From: Aliivibrio fischeri ES114
GTDB taxonomy: Bacteria; Pseudomonadota; Gammaproteobacteria; Enterobacterales; Vibrionaceae
DNA length: 32,000 nt
Reading direction: 5' to 3' (one strand)
Assembly (NCBI RefSeq): GCF_000011805.1
Contig: NC_006840.2
The translations under genes and the position numbers were made by a program. Below, one piece after another: positions 10,189 through 23,788 of the stretch (position 1 is the first letter of the stretch; every line of letters begins with the position of its first letter). Under the pieces are notes generated by a model. That model searched no databases and was not told where the DNA came from. It worked only from the letters and a program-made list of their open reading frames with translations.

Positions 10189-10959
10189 TCAATTCTCTTC
10201 TTTATTTTCTACATCATCGGATTTCCATCCAACGGCAGCACCAGTGTCATAACGAAGATCTATATAATCTATCGAATCTTTTTTACTTTCTAATTGTTTA
10301 TATAAAGCAATAAAACGTTCAACTCGTTCTTCTCTTGAGTCACGCCCTAATTCTAAACGGATACCGTTATCAAGAACAACCTGCCAAGATAATCGTTCAG
10401 TCAATGCCACGCTATGAACGGTTACATGTATTGGTTCAAATTGCTTTTGCAATTGGTGCCAAAAATCAAGTACATCTTTACTGCTGGTTTCAGGGCCAAA
10501 TAACGCAGGTTTAGGTTCGCGTAAATCACTCATAGGCGCATTAAAAACAACACCTTCTGGATTAACGATAACTCGATTATTCCATGTCGCTTCTGGCTGA
10601 TGCTCAACAACAAAAACCTTAATAGTTTCAGGCCACTGTTTACGTACTGATACTTGGGCTATCCAAGGCAAAGATAATAAAGCATCTTGCAGTTTATTCA
10701 CATCTTGCGTCATAAAAGTGCCGATGGAATCCATAGAATCGATTGCTTCACGAATATCATCAGCCGTAATGTGCTTCAACTGCCCTTGAATAATCATATG
10801 TGATAATGGCAATCGGTCTTCATCTGTCATCCAACTTATCGTCGAAATAACCAACCAAAGCGAAGTAATCACGACTAAAGAAAGAAAAATAGCACCTGGT
10901 AGATGTTTTCTTACTTTTTCTTTATCAAATGAAGTATTCATTTTGACAGCTTTAATCAT
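10189..10959 (-). CDS. ftsQ: Cell division protein FtsQ; start may be internal Met at 10941
   Basis: Single N-terminal TM, POTRA region (ITADDIREAIDSMDSIGTFMTQDVNKLQDALLSLPWIAQVSVRKQWPETIKVFVVEHQPEATW). Confidence 0.97.
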   Translation of the reverse strand: MIKAVKMNTSFDKEKVRKHLPGAIFLSLVVITSLWLVISTISWMTDEDRLPLSHMIIQGQLKHITADDIREAIDSMDSIGTFMTQDVNKLQDALLSLPWIAQVSVRKQWPETIKVFVVEHQPEATWNNRVIVNPEGVVFNAPMSDLREPKPALFGPETSSKDVLDFWHQLQKQFEPIHVTVHSVALTERLSWQVVLDNGIRLELGRDSREERVERFIALYKQLESKKDSIDYIDLRYDTGAAVGWKSDDVENKEEN

Positions 10960-11165
10960 ATTAACGTCACAACAATGCCAAAAATAATGTCATATCAATC
11001 AATTTAACCAATAAAAGTAGAGATATAACATTTCAATTAATTTATATAATAATTATAGGGTGCAAAAACCCTCTATCCAAACTCTGATAGCATATTATTA
11101 ATACAATGAGGATTCTATCCCATTATTCGTTTTTTTATTAGAAGTTCTAACTAATTAAACAATAA

Positions 11166-12641
11166 TTATCCTAACTTTTTCATTGTTTCAATATTTAATT
11201 CCATTGAAGCCAATTGCTTAGCTAATTTACCAACATCTCCAGCGCCTTGCGTCAGGATTAAGTCACCTTCTTGAATTATATTCGCTAAAACAGGTGGTAA
11301 TGCCTCTATTGTCGGTACAAATACCGGATCTATTTTTCCACGACCACGGATAGTACGACATAACGCTCGCCCATCAGCACCTGCAATTGGCGTTTCACCC
11401 GCTGAATAAACATCAAGCATGATTAATACATCAACATTATCTAATACATTAGCAAAGTCGTCATATAAATCACGAGTTCGGCTATAACGGTGTGGTTGGA
11501 AAATCATAACCAAACGCTTCTCTGCCCAGCCAGCACGAGCTGCTTTAATGGTTACGTCAACTTCTGTTGGGTGATGACCGTAATCATCTACTAACATTGC
11601 TGAGCCATTGCCAGTTTCAAATTCACCAAGTTGATCGAAACGACGACCCGCGCCTTCAAAGTTTAATAGCGCAGTAAGAATTGCTTCATCTTCAACATCT
11701 TCTTCTGTTGCTACTGCAATTGCAGCGGTAGCATTCAAGGCATTATGTTTGCCAGGGATATTCAAAACAATATCCAAATCAGTACGATCTTTTCTTTGAA
11801 CCGTAAAGAAACTTTGCTGACCAACTTGACGATAATTAATTAAACGTACATCTGCATCATCAGAGAAACCATAAGTAATCACCTGACGGCTCACTTGCGG
11901 TAATAATTCTCGAACAACCGGATCATCAACACACATTACCGCTTGACCATAAAATGGAAGGTTATGTAAAAAATCGATAAACGTTTGTTTTAACGTTTCA
12001 AAATCACCACCATACGTGTCCATATGGTCTGCTTCGATATTCGTAACAATACTAACCATAGGTTGTAGGTGTAAGAATGACGCATCACTTTCATCCGCTT
12101 CAGCAATTAAGAATCGGCTCGAGCCTAAACGTGCATTTGTACCTGCATTCTTAACTAACCCACCATTTACAAATGTTGGATCTAATCCTGCTTCAGAATA
12201 AATCTGCGTAGTTAACGCTGTTGTTGTGGTTTTACCGTGAGTACCAGCGACAGCAATACCATGACGGTAACGCATCAATTCAGCTAACATTTCTGCACGA
12301 CGAATCACTGGAATACGATTTTCTTTCGCCGCTACAATTTCAGGATTACTTGGATCAATGGCAGTAGATACAACTACAACACTCGCTTTTGCAACATTAC
12401 TTGCTTGGTGTCCAAAGAAGATCTCAGCACCTTTTTGTGCTAAACGAACAGTGACTGTGTTCTCAGCCATATCGGAACCACTAATGTGATAACCTTCATT
12501 TAAAAGTACTTCCGCAATACCACTCATTCCTGCGCCACCAATACCAACGAAGTGAATGCACTCCACACGACGCATTTCAGGGATCATGGTTCTTATTTCA
12601 GCTAATTGCAGTTTCTGTTCTTTTGTCATTCTTAATCTCAA
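11166..12641 (-). CDS. murC: UDP-N-acetylmuramate--L-alanine ligase MurC
   Basis: [41 protein letters not shown]. Confidence 0.98.
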   Translation of the reverse strand: MRLRMTKEQKLQLAEIRTMIPEMRRVECIHFVGIGGAGMSGIAEVLLNEGYHISGSDMAENTVTVRLAQKGAEIFFGHQASNVAKASVVVVSTAIDPSNPEIVAAKENRIPVIRRAEMLAELMRYRHGIAVAGTHGKTTTTALTTQIYSEAGLDPTFVNGGLVKNAGTNARLGSSRFLIAEADESDASFLHLQPMVSIVTNIEADHMDTYGGDFETLKQTFIDFLHNLPFYGQAVMCVDDPVVRELLPQVSRQVITYGFSDDADVRLINYRQVGQQSFFTVQRKDRTDLDIVLNIPGKHNALNATAAIAVATEEDVEDEAILTALLNFEGAGRRFDQLGEFETGNGSAMLVDDYGHHPTEVDVTIKAARAGWAEKRLVMIFQPHRYSRTRDLYDDFANVLDNVDVLIMLDVYSAGETPIAGADGRALCRTIRGRGKIDPVFVPTIEALPPVLANIIQEGDLILTQGAGDVGKLAKQLASMELNIETMKKLG

Positions 12642-12644
12642 TTC

Positions 12645-13709
12645 TTATTTAGCGAGGCTTTTTATTGCATTAGCAACACGCACATCAGCATCGATAATTG
12701 CTGCGTCTCGAGCATTACATGCCATTTCGAGTAATTGTTTTCGCTCTAAACCGTTCAGTGTATCAACCAATCCCTGAACTGTTAAATCTTGTTGTTCAAT
12801 CATTTGCGCTGCGCCACATTGTACTAAGTGATCAGCATTCAATGCTTGCTGGCGATCTTTATGCATAAATGGAATAAATATAGAACCAACACCAGCTGCA
12901 GATACTTCCGAAACCGTTAATGCACCAGAACGACAAACCAATAAATCAGCCCACGCATAAGCTTCTGCAACATTATCGATAAACTCAGTTACTTTCGCAT
13001 CAGCAATACCGTTATCACGATACGCTTGTTCTACCGTTTCTTGTGAGCCTTTACCTGCTTGATGCCAGATTTCAATCTCATGACTTAATTGAGGTAATGC
13101 TTCTGGTAATGTCGTATTTAAAATACGAGCACCTTGACTACCTCCCATCACTAATAAACGGATAGGGCCAGTTCTCTGTGCAAATCTTTCTTTTGGATGA
13201 GGTAATTGACATACATCCTCACGAACCGGATTCCCTACAACTTCAGCATTAGGGAAAGCGCCAGGAAATGCTTGGAACACACGTTTTGCTATTTTAGATA
13301 ACCATTGATTAGTTAAACCAGCAACCGCATTTTGTTCATGCAATACAACAGGAATACCTGATAACCAAGCAGCGATACCACCAGGACCACTTACATAGCC
13401 CCCCATTCCTAGTACCACATCTGGTTGCCATGCTTTAATGTGTTTTTTCGCTTGAGATATTGCGCCTAAGATTTGAAATGGTGCAGCTATTAACTTTTTA
13501 AGTCCCTGCCCACGAAGACCTTTGACTTTAATAAAATCAATTTCAATACCATGCTTAGGAACTAAATCTGCTTCCATTCGGTCAGCGGTTCCCAACCAAC
13601 GGATCTCCCATCCTTCACTTTGTAATTGCTTTGCAACAGCAAGGCCTGGGAAAACGTGACCGCCAGTACCACCAGCCATCACTAATAAACGTTTATTTTT
13701 GTTCTTCAT
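12645..13709 (-). CDS. murG: UDP-GlcNAc transferase MurG (ORF open to 13730)
   Basis: [49 protein letters not shown]. The seventh codon of the tracked ORF ([10 protein letters not shown]) is the likely start. Confidence 0.97.
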   Translation of the reverse strand: MKNKNKRLLVMAGGTGGHVFPGLAVAKQLQSEGWEIRWLGTADRMEADLVPKHGIEIDFIKVKGLRGQGLKKLIAAPFQILGAISQAKKHIKAWQPDVVLGMGGYVSGPGGIAAWLSGIPVVLHEQNAVAGLTNQWLSKIAKRVFQAFPGAFPNAEVVGNPVREDVCQLPHPKERFAQRTGPIRLLVMGGSQGARILNTTLPEALPQLSHEIEIWHQAGKGSQETVEQAYRDNGIADAKVTEFIDNVAEAYAWADLLVCRSGALTVSEVSAAGVGSIFIPFMHKDRQQALNADHLVQCGAAQMIEQQDLTVQGLVDTLNGLERKQLLEMACNARDAAIIDADVRVANAIKSLAK

Positions 13710-14895
13710 TTTCACTCCGAGGAGGCTCATTTTCTAAATAGAGACGACATTCATGATCAATACGGATGAGTAACGATACGGCAACTGACATGATAATCAA
13801 ACTGGAACCACCATAACTGATGAGTGGTAGTGTTAAGCCTTTTGTCGGAACAATACCTGCTGCGGCACCAACATTGACCAAGGTTTGAAATGCAAACCAA
13901 ATCCCAATACCAAAAGCTAAAAATCCACCAAAGCGTTGATCATGTTGAAGACATTTTCGCCCAATAAGTAATGCTTTTAATACTAAAGCGAAAATTAAAA
14001 CCAAAATCAGAGTGACACCAACAAAACCTAATTCTTCAGCAACCACAGCAAATACAAAGTCAGTATGAGCCTCAGGTAGGTACTCTAGCTTTTGAATCGA
14101 ATTACCTAAACCTTCACCAAACCAACTACCACGACCAAATGCCATAAGAGATTGAGTTAGTTGGTAACCACTACCAAATGGGTCTTGCCATGGATCTAAG
14201 AAAGAAGTCACACGGCGCATACGATAAGGTTCTGCAATAATCAGAACAATCACTAATGAAATGCCACTCATCACTAAAGCAATAAATTGCCAAAGCTTTG
14301 CACCCGCAATAAATAGCATACCGATAGTAGTGACAAACATTACGATCGTGGTACCTAAATCGGGCTGCAATAATAAGAAAAATGCTAGAGTGATAAGTAC
14401 GATTAATGGTTTAACAAACCCTTTGAAACTTTCTCTCACTTCACCATGGCGGCGAACTAAGTATCCCGAAATAAAAATAAATAGAGAAAGTTTTGCAACT
14501 TCGGCTGGCTGCAAGTTGAAGATACCAAGAGGTAGCCAACGGGCAGCACCATTTACCGATTTACCAACCAGCAACACCGCAATTAATAATAAAATGGATA
14601 CAAATAAAAATTTGCCACTGTATTTTAACCAAGTATCTAATTGGATTCGCAATACAACAGATGAGGCACCAAGAGCCAAACACACAAACAACATGTGACG
14701 AAGCATAAAGTGAAAAGGCTGATCAGTTAAGCGTGTACTAATAGGAAACGACGCAGAACCTACCATGATCAATCCAGTAAGCATTAAACCTAAAGAAATC
14801 CATATCAACTGACGATCGAACATGACTTTAGGTGACGGTGTTAAACACCAATCTTGAATGGAAAAGATCCCTTGTTTAATTCGCTCAAATGCCAA
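13693..14895 (-). CDS. ftsW: Peptidoglycan glycosyltransferase FtsW (SEDS family)
   Basis: SEDS signature including [21 protein letters not shown] and [13 protein letters not shown]. Confidence 0.97.
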   Translation of the reverse strand: MAFERIKQGIFSIQDWCLTPSPKVMFDRQLIWISLGLMLTGLIMVGSASFPISTRLTDQPFHFMLRHMLFVCLALGASSVVLRIQLDTWLKYSGKFLFVSILLLIAVLLVGKSVNGAARWLPLGIFNLQPAEVAKLSLFIFISGYLVRRHGEVRESFKGFVKPLIVLITLAFFLLLQPDLGTTIVMFVTTIGMLFIAGAKLWQFIALVMSGISLVIVLIIAEPYRMRRVTSFLDPWQDPFGSGYQLTQSLMAFGRGSWFGEGLGNSIQKLEYLPEAHTDFVFAVVAEELGFVGVTLILVLIFALVLKALLIGRKCLQHDQRFGGFLAFGIGIWFAFQTLVNVGAAAGIVPTKGLTLPLISYGGSSLIIMSVAVSLLIRIDHECRLYLENEPPRSENEEQK

Positions 14896-14897
14896 AA

Positions 14898-16221
14898 TTA
14901 ACTCTCAATTGAATACTGTTTTGCTAACTGGGTGAATGCATCCCCTCTAGCCATAAAATTTGCGTATTGGTCGAAGCTTGCACATGCTGGAGATAGCATC
15001 ACCATATCGCCTTTATTTAAAGTCGGGTATAGAGTAGCGATGGCTTCATTCATGGTTTCACATAAGAGTGAACGAGGATCAAGTGATACAAATTGGTCGC
15101 CATCTTCACCAAAGCAATACATCATTAAATTTAAATCATGCAGCGCTGGTGATAATTCTGAAAAATCAGCACCTTTGCCTACACCACCAACAAGTAGGTG
15201 TAATTTACCTTCAAGTTGTAAACCAGATAAGGCTGCCAATGTACTTGCTACGTTTGTCGCTTTTGAATCATTGACCCAGCGAATACCATTATTATCTGCG
15301 ACAACTTGGCATCTATGTGTCAATCCATTGTAAGTTCTTAATGTATCTAGTGTTGCATCTAAATTGATACCAGCGGCATCAAGTAATGCAATTGCAACTA
15401 GGCTATTTGCAATATTGTGCTTTCCGACTAAGCCTAATTCATTTGCAGCAAGCAATGGCACTGTATTTTTAGCTAAATACTCAATGCCATCTTTTTCAAT
15501 ACAGCCATAATCGCCTTGGTCAAACCCAAAGCTTTTTAATGTTTTTTCAACGTCAGGATAAGTTTGTTTATCGTCACGATTAACAATACATACTTCGGCA
15601 TGCTCAAAGATACGTAGCTTAGCTTGGCGATAATCCGCCATACCTTGATAACGATCCATATGATCTTCAGACAAATTAAGAAAGGCAGCGGCTTTCAGCT
15701 TTAATGTGGATGTTGTTTCAAGTTGGAAACTCGAAAGCTCAAGAACATAAAGCTCCGCATCTTGCTCTAGTAAATCAAGAGCAGCAAAACCAATGTTTCC
15801 ACCAACGGCTGTTTTTACTCCAGCCGCTTTTGCCATTTCCCCAGTTAAATCAGTCACCGTACTTTTGCCATTAGACCCGGTGATCGCAATAACAGGTGCA
15901 TTCACTGCCCAAGCAAATAACTCGATGTCACCAACAATTTTAATTCCTTTATCAATAGCAGGTTTAAGTTGAGGTGACGCTAAGGCGATTCCAGGATTCG
16001 TGACAATCAGATCAGCGTTAATCAGCCAATCTTGTTGCCATCCTCCAGAATGCAGTTCTACATTTTCAGGCAATTGGTCATGGCCTGGCGGTGTATCACG
16101 AGTATCAATCACTTTAATTGTTAACGCTTATGGTAGTCTTAAGTAAATGCTTAACAACAGATAAACCTGTCATACCTAAGCCAACTACTACAACATTTTT
16201 TACACCACCAAAACCACTCAT
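14898..16221 (-). CDS. murD: UDP-N-acetylmuramoylalanine--D-glutamate ligase MurD, with apparent frameshift near 16114-16128
   Basis: The main ORF (from GTG 16112) lacks the N-terminal beta-alpha-beta. ATG 16221 opens [30 protein letters not shown]..., which stops at 16114-16116; shifting one base gives ...[14 protein letters not shown] joined to the main ORF. Confidence 0.94.
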
Positions 16222-16222
16222 A

Positions 16223-17314
16223 TTAACGTACCTTCAATGTCGCTAATGCAATAAGAACCAATAACATAGAAATAATCCAGAAACGCACAATAACGCGAGG
16301 CTCTGGCCAACCTTTTAATTCGTAATGGTGATGAATTGGTGCCATACGGAAAATACGTTGACCACGTAGTTTGTATGAACCCACTTGTAAGATTACCGAT
16401 AACGTTTCAACAACGAATACACCACCCATGATAACCAATAGGAACTCTTGACGAACTAACACTGCAATCGTACCTAGTGCTCCACCAAGAGCCAGTGAAC
16501 CTACATCACCCATAAATACTTGTGCTGGATACGTGTTGAACCATAAGAAACCAAAACCAGCACCAACAATCGCAGCACACACAACCACTAACTCACTCGC
16601 TAACGGAATATGCGGAATATGTAAGTAGTTTGCGAATTGCACGTTACCTGTTGCCCAAGCAATAAAGGCAAAACCTGCAGCAACAAATACCGTAGGCATG
16701 ATTGCAAGACCATCAAGACCATCGGTTAAGTTCACCGCATTACTGGTTCCTACGATAACAAAGTAGGTAAGAAGAATATAAGCAAGACCAAGTTGAGGCA
16801 TTACTTCTTTAAAGAAAGGAACAACTAACTGCGTTGCTGCCGTATCTTTTCCGTAAGCATAAAGAGCAAAAGCGACAACTAACGCAATAGAAGATTGCCA
16901 AAAATACTTCCAACGAGCGATTAGACCATCTGTATTTTTACGAACAACTTTACGGTAGTCATCAACAAAGCCAACAGCACCATAGCCTAGTAGTACAAAC
17001 ATAACAGCCCATACATAAGGGTTAGTTAAATCTGCCCACAAGAACACTGTCACTGTAATTGCAGTTAAAATCATGATGCCGCCCATCGTTGGCGTACCAC
17101 GCTTACTAAAATGTGATTCAGGACCGTCATCACGTACCACTTGACCAATTTGAAGGTTTTGCAACCAAGCAATCAGTTTTGGTCCCATCCATAAAGAGAT
17201 CGTTAATGCCGTGATAATGCTTAAGATGGCTCTAAAACTTAAATATTCAAATAAGCGAAAAAATGGAAAATATTGCTCTAGAAAATTGGATAACCAAATA
17301 ATCATTACTGACAC
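16223..17314 (-). CDS. mraY: Phospho-MurNAc-pentapeptide transferase MraY
   Basis: [49 protein letters not shown]. Confidence 0.99.
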
Positions 17315-18663
17315 TCCTTAAGAGCTGAAACCACTTCGCTCATTCGTGAACTGTTGGCACCTTTAACTAACACGGTAACCTCATTATGTTTAATTAATTG
17401 TAATTCTTTAAGTAAGTATGCATTCAAATCAGAACGTGTTTCAAAATGACGGCCATTACATAGCTCGCTAATCACTTTTGTATCATCACCAAATGTCACT
17501 ACTTGCTCAAATTGATATGGGGCAGCATATTCCCCAACTTCACGATGAAGTGCAAGGCTTTCTTCACCTAGCTCGGCCATATTCCCTAAAACAAGCCAAC
17601 GCTGACCTTTAAATCCACCCAATAAATCCACTGCGGCTTTCATAGCAGGAACACTGGCGTTATAAGTGTCATCGATAACCTTCAATCCAGATGCTAATGT
17701 TTCGACAGCAACACGCCCTTTCACACTACCCAGCTCTTGTAGACCTTGTTGAATGTCATTTAATGATGCATGCGCTTGAATGGCTAACGCAGCAGCTGCA
17801 ACGGCATTCGCTACGTTATGCTTACCAATAATCCCTAAAGAAACTTGAATATTTCCTTTCGGCGTATTTAATTGAAAACTAGGTTCACCAATCGCATTTA
17901 CTTCAATATTTGATGCATAAAAGTCAGCACTAGAGTCATCCATAGCAAAACTAACGACTTGTTTACCTTCAAATAGTGATGACCATTTTGGTAAGCCATT
18001 ACTATCTAGGTTATAAATAGCAATACCGTTTTCTTGTAGCCCTTCAAAAATCTCGCCTTTTGCTTTTGCAACCCCCTCAATAGAGCCAAAACCTTCTAAA
18101 TGCGCCGCTGCAATATTATTGACCAGTGCAACATTAGGTTGTGCTAACTGAGTAGTGTATGAGATTTCATTTTGGTGGTTTGCGCCCAATTCGATAACGG
18201 CAAAATCATTACTTGGTTGAGAGCGTAATAACGTTAACGGAACGCCGATCTCATTATTAAAGTTACCTGCGGTTGCTAACACTTCGCCAGAACGAGTTAA
18301 AATAGAAGCGAGCATCTCTTTTACTGTGGTTTTGCCACAACTACCAGTTAAAGCAAATGTAAAAGTATGACAAACTTGATGTACATGTTTCGCTACTAAG
18401 CCTAACGCCTTTTGTGTGTCAGAAACAATTACTTGAGGAAGTGTCGTATCGACTTCTTTTGATACAAGAAGTGCAGTTGCTCCTTGCTCTTGTACTGCTG
18501 GTATAAAATCGTGGGCATCAAAGCGTTCACCGATAAGAGCAACAAAAAGCCCTTCCTCATCAATGTGTCGACTGTCTGTTGATACTGACGATATTTGACA
18601 ATCAGCCCCAACCAAACGCCCATCACACGCTTTTGCTATTTCGCTAAGTAACATAGTTATCAT
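17305..18663 (-). CDS. murF: UDP-MurNAc-tripeptide--D-alanyl-D-alanine ligase MurF
   Basis: [48 protein letters not shown]. Confidence 0.98.
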
Positions 18664-20144
18664 GATTGTAGCCCTAATAATGTTTGTGCGGTTTCACGAT
18701 CAGAGTAATGAACGGTCTTATCCGCTAACACTTGATAATCTTCATGCCCTTTACCGGCAAGTAAAATAATATCGTTCTCATTTGCTTGAGATAATGCAAA
18801 CTGACAAGCTTCAAAACGATCATGAATAACATGTGCAGATTCGGCGTTTTTTAATCCAACTAACATATCATCCGTAATCAAGCTTGGTTCTTCTGAGCGA
18901 GGGTTATCATCACTTAAAATAATCGCATCCGCTTGTTGCTCAACAATGCTTGCCATTATTGGTCGTTTGCCTGTATCTCTATCGCCACCACAGCCGAAAA
19001 TACACCACAACTTACCTTCACAATGAACACGTAATGCTTGCAATGCTTTATCTAAAGCGTCAGGTGTATGCGCGTAATCTACCACCACTTTTGCTTTATT
19101 ATCTGTAGCAAACAGTTCCATTCGACCAATAACTGCATTCAGCTGAGACGCCGTTTGAGCTAAAGCTTGGATGTCATAACCTAAAGAAAGAAGTGCCGCG
19201 AAAGCAACAAGAATATTACTTGCATTAAATGCCCCAATTAAAGGCACTGAAAAAGCAACATTCCCCCAATCAGAAGAGATTGAAAGCTTTATGCCTTCGG
19301 TTGAATAAACAACTGATGTCGCAAATACTTTCTTACCGGAATGAAAAGAGATGTTTTCTTCATTTAAAGAAACCGCGACAGCATGAGGCATCTCTTTTAG
19401 CCATTGGCAACCTACTTGATCATCCCCATTGATGATTGAGTTTTTTGGACGATGAGAAGTAAAAAGTAACTTTTTAGCTTCAGCATAATTTGCCATATCA
19501 CCATGGTAATCAAGATGATCACGGCTTAAGTTAGTAAATACGGCAGCATCAAAAGATAACGCATTAACCCGCCCTTGAACCAAACCATGAGACGACACTT
19601 CTAATGCCGTCAGTTTAGCTCCGATATTCTCAAGTTCTGTCAGTGTTTGTTGGATTTCAATTGGACTGCCAGTTGTGTTCAAAGCTGGCTTAAGATCCGA
19701 CAGTAAGCCATTACCCGTTGTTCCCATTACGGCAGCGGGTTGTTCTAATAATGTCGTCCATTGTGCAATGATCTGAGAAATCGTCGTTTTACCATTAGTA
19801 CCTGTGATACCGACGAGTTGCATGTTTCTCTTATCCGCTTGATAAAAAGCTCCTGCAATCGCACTTAACTGCGTATAAAGAGAATCAATGTAAACAACAA
19901 TAGCGTTATCGATAACCTTTACCGTTCCAGCAATATTCTCTTTATCAGCATCAGCAATAACTGCTACAGCGCCTTGCTCAATTGCCGACGAAATAAATTG
20001 ACGGCCATCCACTGCATGGCCTTTAATTGCTACAAATAAACAGCCTGGAGAAACTTGGCGACTGTCCAATGTCATAGATGAAATCGCCACAGATTGATTT
20101 AAATCGCACCAAGGCAACAGTAATTCAGATAACTGCATCATCAC
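18660..20144 (-). CDS. murE: UDP-MurNAc-L-alanyl-D-glutamate--2,6-diaminopimelate ligase MurE
   Basis: [38 protein letters not shown] (meso-DAP specificity motif DNPR). Confidence 0.98.
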   Translation of the reverse strand: MMMQLSELLLPWCDLNQSVAISSMTLDSRQVSPGCLFVAIKGHAVDGRQFISSAIEQGAVAVIADADKENIAGTVKVIDNAIVVYIDSLYTQLSAIAGAFYQADKRNMQLVGITGTNGKTTISQIIAQWTTLLEQPAAVMGTTGNGLLSDLKPALNTTGSPIEIQQTLTELENIGAKLTALEVSSHGLVQGRVNALSFDAAVFTNLSRDHLDYHGDMANYAEAKKLLFTSHRPKNSIINGDDQVGCQWLKEMPHAVAVSLNEENISFHSGKKVFATSVVYSTEGIKLSISSDWGNVAFSVPLIGAFNASNILVAFAALLSLGYDIQALAQTASQLNAVIGRMELFATDNKAKVVVDYAHTPDALDKALQALRVHCEGKLWCIFGCGGDRDTGKRPIMASIVEQQADAIILSDDNPRSEEPSLITDDMLVGLKNAESAHVIHDRFEACQFALSQANENDIILLAGKGHEDYQVLADKTVHYSDRETAQTLLGLQS

Positions 20145-20148
20145 TTTC

Positions 20149-21888
20149 CTAATTCAATACATCGATATGTTTTACGGTACTTTCATCTGGCGCTACGTTT
20201 AAAATTTGCAACGCATCTTTCATGACCTGACCAAAGATAGGTGCCGCAACTTGACCTGCGTAATACTCATCACCTTGTGGTTGGTTCACGATAGTAACTA
20301 ACGCAATTCGGGGGTTACTGACTGGTGCAACACCTGCTGTCACCGTCATGTATTCATCACTGTAACCACCACGAACCGCTTTTCGTGAAGTACCAGTTTT
20401 AGCGGCAACTCGGTAGCCAGGTACTGCCGCTCTTGTTGCTGTACCACCAGGTTGAGTTACGGTTTCCATCATTTCTAATACCGCTTTTGCATGTTGGCGA
20501 TTAACCACTTGCTTACCCGGTGTTGGTCCAGTTGTTTTCAAAATTGAAAGTGGTCTATATTCACCATAAGCCCCTAATGTGGCATAAGCGTGCGCTAATT
20601 GGATTGGCGTAACCGACAAACCATATCCAAAGGCTAATGTGGCGATCTCGAAATCAGACCAACGACGACGATCAGGGAAAATACCCGTAGCCTCACCAAT
20701 TAAGTTTAAGCCTGATGGGTCAGCAAGACCAACAGCCGCGTATTCCGCTAACAACTCTTGCAAAGGCATTCCTAACGCTAAGTGCGCAACACCGATGTTA
20801 CTTGATTTCTTCAAGATAGTAGTTAGATCGGCTTTACCAACTTTCGAGCTATCACGCACACGACTACCGCCAATACGCATGATGCCATTACCAGTATCAA
20901 TAATCGTATCTAAGTTCGCAGTTCCACCATCTAAAGCAGCTAATACAACAAAAGGTTTTACTGTAGAGCCCGGTTCTAACGTATCGGTAATCACACGGTT
21001 ACGCATTCTAAAGCTTTGTAACTGCTCACGATTGTTCGGGTTATAAGAAGGGGCATTTACCATTGCAAGTACTTCGCCCGTCTTAATATCGATCATCACA
21101 ACTGAGCCAGACATCGCTCTAAAGTCAGATACAGCTTGCTTAATTGCACGGTAAGCAATCGCCTGTAAACGCTGATCGATACTTAGAGTTAATGGCTTCC
21201 CTTCTTGTTTCTCTTTTAGAGAAATATTTTCAACCACTCGGCCATAACGGTCTTTACGTACAGTTCTACGTCCCGGCTCACCAGTTAACCAACCATCATA
21301 ACTACGTTCTACCCCTTCAAGGCCATGACTATCAATACCTGTTACACCAATAACATGGGCACTGATTTCACCAGTTGGGTAATAACGACGTGATTCAGCT
21401 TTTAAACCAATACCCGCTAATTTCAGTTTTTTAATATAGGCAGCAACCGCCGGGGATATTTGGCGTTGAAGATAAATAAAACGACGTTTTTTGTTTTTTT
21501 CAATTTTAGAAATTAACTCTTTACGCTTAAGCCCTAATACATCCGCAAGCGCATACCAGCGTTCAATCTCAGCCAAACCACCTTCTTTATAGATCGTCAC
21601 AGGATCAGCCCAAACCGCATCAACAGGTACACTTACGGCAAGCTGTTCATCATTACGATCAGAGATAATGCCTCTGGCAGAAGGGAGAGATTTAACACGG
21701 ATAGAACGCATATCACCTTGCTTAACAAGGTTATCTGGTTCAATAACTTGGATATAAGCGGCTCGCGCAATAAGAATAGCTAAGGCAAGAAAGACAAAGA
21801 AAACAATAACGCCAAAGCGCCACTGGATAAATGTTGGTGGCGCTTTGGTTATGCGTTTATTGTTTTTTTTTCTATTTGGTAATTTCAT
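20149..21888 (-). CDS. ftsI: Peptidoglycan D,D-transpeptidase FtsI (PBP3)
   Basis: EPGSTVKPF (SxxK), KSSNIGV (SxN), AAKTGTSRK (KTG). Confidence 0.99.
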   Translation of the reverse strand: MKLPNRKKNNKRITKAPPTFIQWRFGVIVFFVFLALAILIARAAYIQVIEPDNLVKQGDMRSIRVKSLPSARGIISDRNDEQLAVSVPVDAVWADPVTIYKEGGLAEIERWYALADVLGLKRKELISKIEKNKKRRFIYLQRQISPAVAAYIKKLKLAGIGLKAESRRYYPTGEISAHVIGVTGIDSHGLEGVERSYDGWLTGEPGRRTVRKDRYGRVVENISLKEKQEGKPLTLSIDQRLQAIAYRAIKQAVSDFRAMSGSVVMIDIKTGEVLAMVNAPSYNPNNREQLQSFRMRNRVITDTLEPGSTVKPFVVLAALDGGTANLDTIIDTGNGIMRIGGSRVRDSSKVGKADLTTILKKSSNIGVAHLALGMPLQELLAEYAAVGLADPSGLNLIGEATGIFPDRRRWSDFEIATLAFGYGLSVTPIQLAHAYATLGAYGEYRPLSILKTTGPTPGKQVVNRQHAKAVLEMMETVTQPGGTATRAAVPGYRVAAKTGTSRKAVRGGYSDEYMTVTAGVAPVSNPRIALVTIVNQPQGDEYYAGQVAAPIFGQVMKDALQILNVAPDESTVKHIDVLN

Positions 21889-22211
21889 CGTAGTTTTATA
21901 ATTACTTCTTTATCTGGAGCAGGGCGTTCCATATCTAACTCTCGAACTGAGCGAGCTTGAACTCGGCTATGCTCAGCAAGAGCGCTTTCTTCTAAAATTA
22001 AATTACGCCATTCACCATCTAAAATATCTTTTTCAAGCAACAGGTTTTCACGTTGAACCGTCATTTGACGAGTGTTATGAGTTGCTAACACCACGCCTAT
22101 AGCACTCAAAAAGATACAAATTAGTAGAATTGCATGAAGGCGGCCTACACCAAAAATGTCTAGGCCGATAAGTTTTGTAAGACTTGGTTGTGAAGCGGTA
22201 TCTTTACTCAT
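21885..22211 (-). CDS. ftsL: Cell division protein FtsL
   Basis: 108 aa, single TM, coiled-coil-like region ([28 protein letters not shown]), between rsmH and ftsI. Confidence 0.95.
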   Translation of the reverse strand: MSKDTASQPSLTKLIGLDIFGVGRLHAILLICIFLSAIGVVLATHNTRQMTVQRENLLLEKDILDGEWRNLILEESALAEHSRVQARSVRELDMERPAPDKEVIIKLR

Positions 22212-23158
22212 AAACGCTCAGCAATACGTAGAACAGAACTACGTGAACGCACATTCTCATTCACTTCATTCTTAGTTGGTTTGATGGCTTTACCAACAGG
22301 CTTCATTTTAGCACTGCCTAATGCTTTAATTTGTTCTTCCGTTAACGGCAAACCATGAGGTACTTGCGGTCCTTTACTTTCTTTACGAATAAAATGCTTA
22401 ACCATACGATCTTCTAGTGAGTGGAAGCTAATCACTGATAAACGACCTTCAGGTGCCAATACATCTAATGCCCCTTTTAGTGCTGTATCAATTTCGTCTA
22501 ACTCACTATTGATATAAATTCGGAATGCTTGGAATGCACGCGTTGCTGGGTGCTTTTTCTCTTTAAAGCTCTTGGGAGCAACCTCAGAAATCAACTTAGC
22601 TAACTGACTAGTTCGAGTTAAAGGTTCATTTTCTTCATTTTCGAGATAAGCAACGATACCTTTAGCAATACGCCAAGCGTGCTTATCTTCACCAAACTCA
22701 CGAATTACCCAAGTAATATCTTCAACATCCGCTTCTTGTAACCACTGAGATACAGGAATGCCTGATGTTGGATCCATACGCATATCCAATGGGCCATCTT
22801 TCATAAAGCTAAAACCACGTTCAGCATCATCTAGTTGTGGAGATGACACACCTAAATCCAGTAATACTCCATCAATTTTTCCTACAAGATCAAGCTCTTC
22901 AACATATTGTTTAAGGCCTGAAAATGGACCATGAATGATAGTAAATTTAGGATCAGTAATCGTTTTTGCTTCAGCAATTGCTTGAGGATCACGGTCAATA
23001 CTATACAAGCGACCATTCTCACCTAATTGAGATAAGATCTGACGGCTGTGGCCACCACGACCAAACGTACCATCGATGTAAATACCATCAGGTTTGATAG
23101 CTAAACCATCAATAGATTCGTGAAGAAGAACGGATACGTGTTGGAATTGTTCAGACAT
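22208..23158 (-). CDS. rsmH: 16S rRNA (cytosine1402-N4)-methyltransferase RsmH (MraW)
   Basis: [40 protein letters not shown]. Confidence 0.99.
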   Translation of the reverse strand: MSEQFQHVSVLLHESIDGLAIKPDGIYIDGTFGRGGHSRQILSQLGENGRLYSIDRDPQAIAEAKTITDPKFTIIHGPFSGLKQYVEELDLVGKIDGVLLDLGVSSPQLDDAERGFSFMKDGPLDMRMDPTSGIPVSQWLQEADVEDITWVIREFGEDKHAWRIAKGIVAYLENEENEPLTRTSQLAKLISEVAPKSFKEKKHPATRAFQAFRIYINSELDEIDTALKGALDVLAPEGRLSVISFHSLEDRMVKHFIRKESKGPQVPHGLPLTEEQIKALGSAKMKPVGKAIKPTKNEVNENVRSRSSVLRIAERL

Positions 23159-23283
23159 AGTGAGTATTTACTACCGTAATTATATGAATAAGCAGTTAAA
23201 ATTAAGCCGAAGCTTAACCTAAAAATGCAGGAATGTGTGTCAAATTAGTGATAATTCTAAACCAATGTAGCAGAAAGCACAAA

Positions 23284-23323
23284 GCCCACCATAACACTAC
23301 CGAAATAGTACTATGGTGGGCTA
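23284..23323 (-). terminator. Long hairpin 3' of rnpB, probable terminator or processing site
   Basis: Minus-strand RNA AGCCCACCATAGTACTA-tttcgg-TAGTGTTATGGTGGGCT forms a near-continuous 17-bp stem including G-U pairs. The downstream U-tract is interrupted. Confidence 0.65.
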
Positions 23324-23329
23324 AGTTAG

Positions 23330-23735
<406 letters not shown>

Positions 23736-23788
23736 GGTGAATGATATAAGAGTCAGTTATAACTTACCACCCCTTTTTCTCAATTCTC

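Noticed and set aside
10943-10948. Plus-strand TTGACA perfect -35 match near the ftsQ start
   Set aside because: Points antisense to ftsQ/murC order and no good -10 is found at 16-18 nt spacing. Likely chance.
14261-14698. 145-aa plus-strand ORF antisense to ftsW
   Set aside because: Fully inside a well-supported essential gene on the other strand, with low-complexity polar composition and no recognisable motif.
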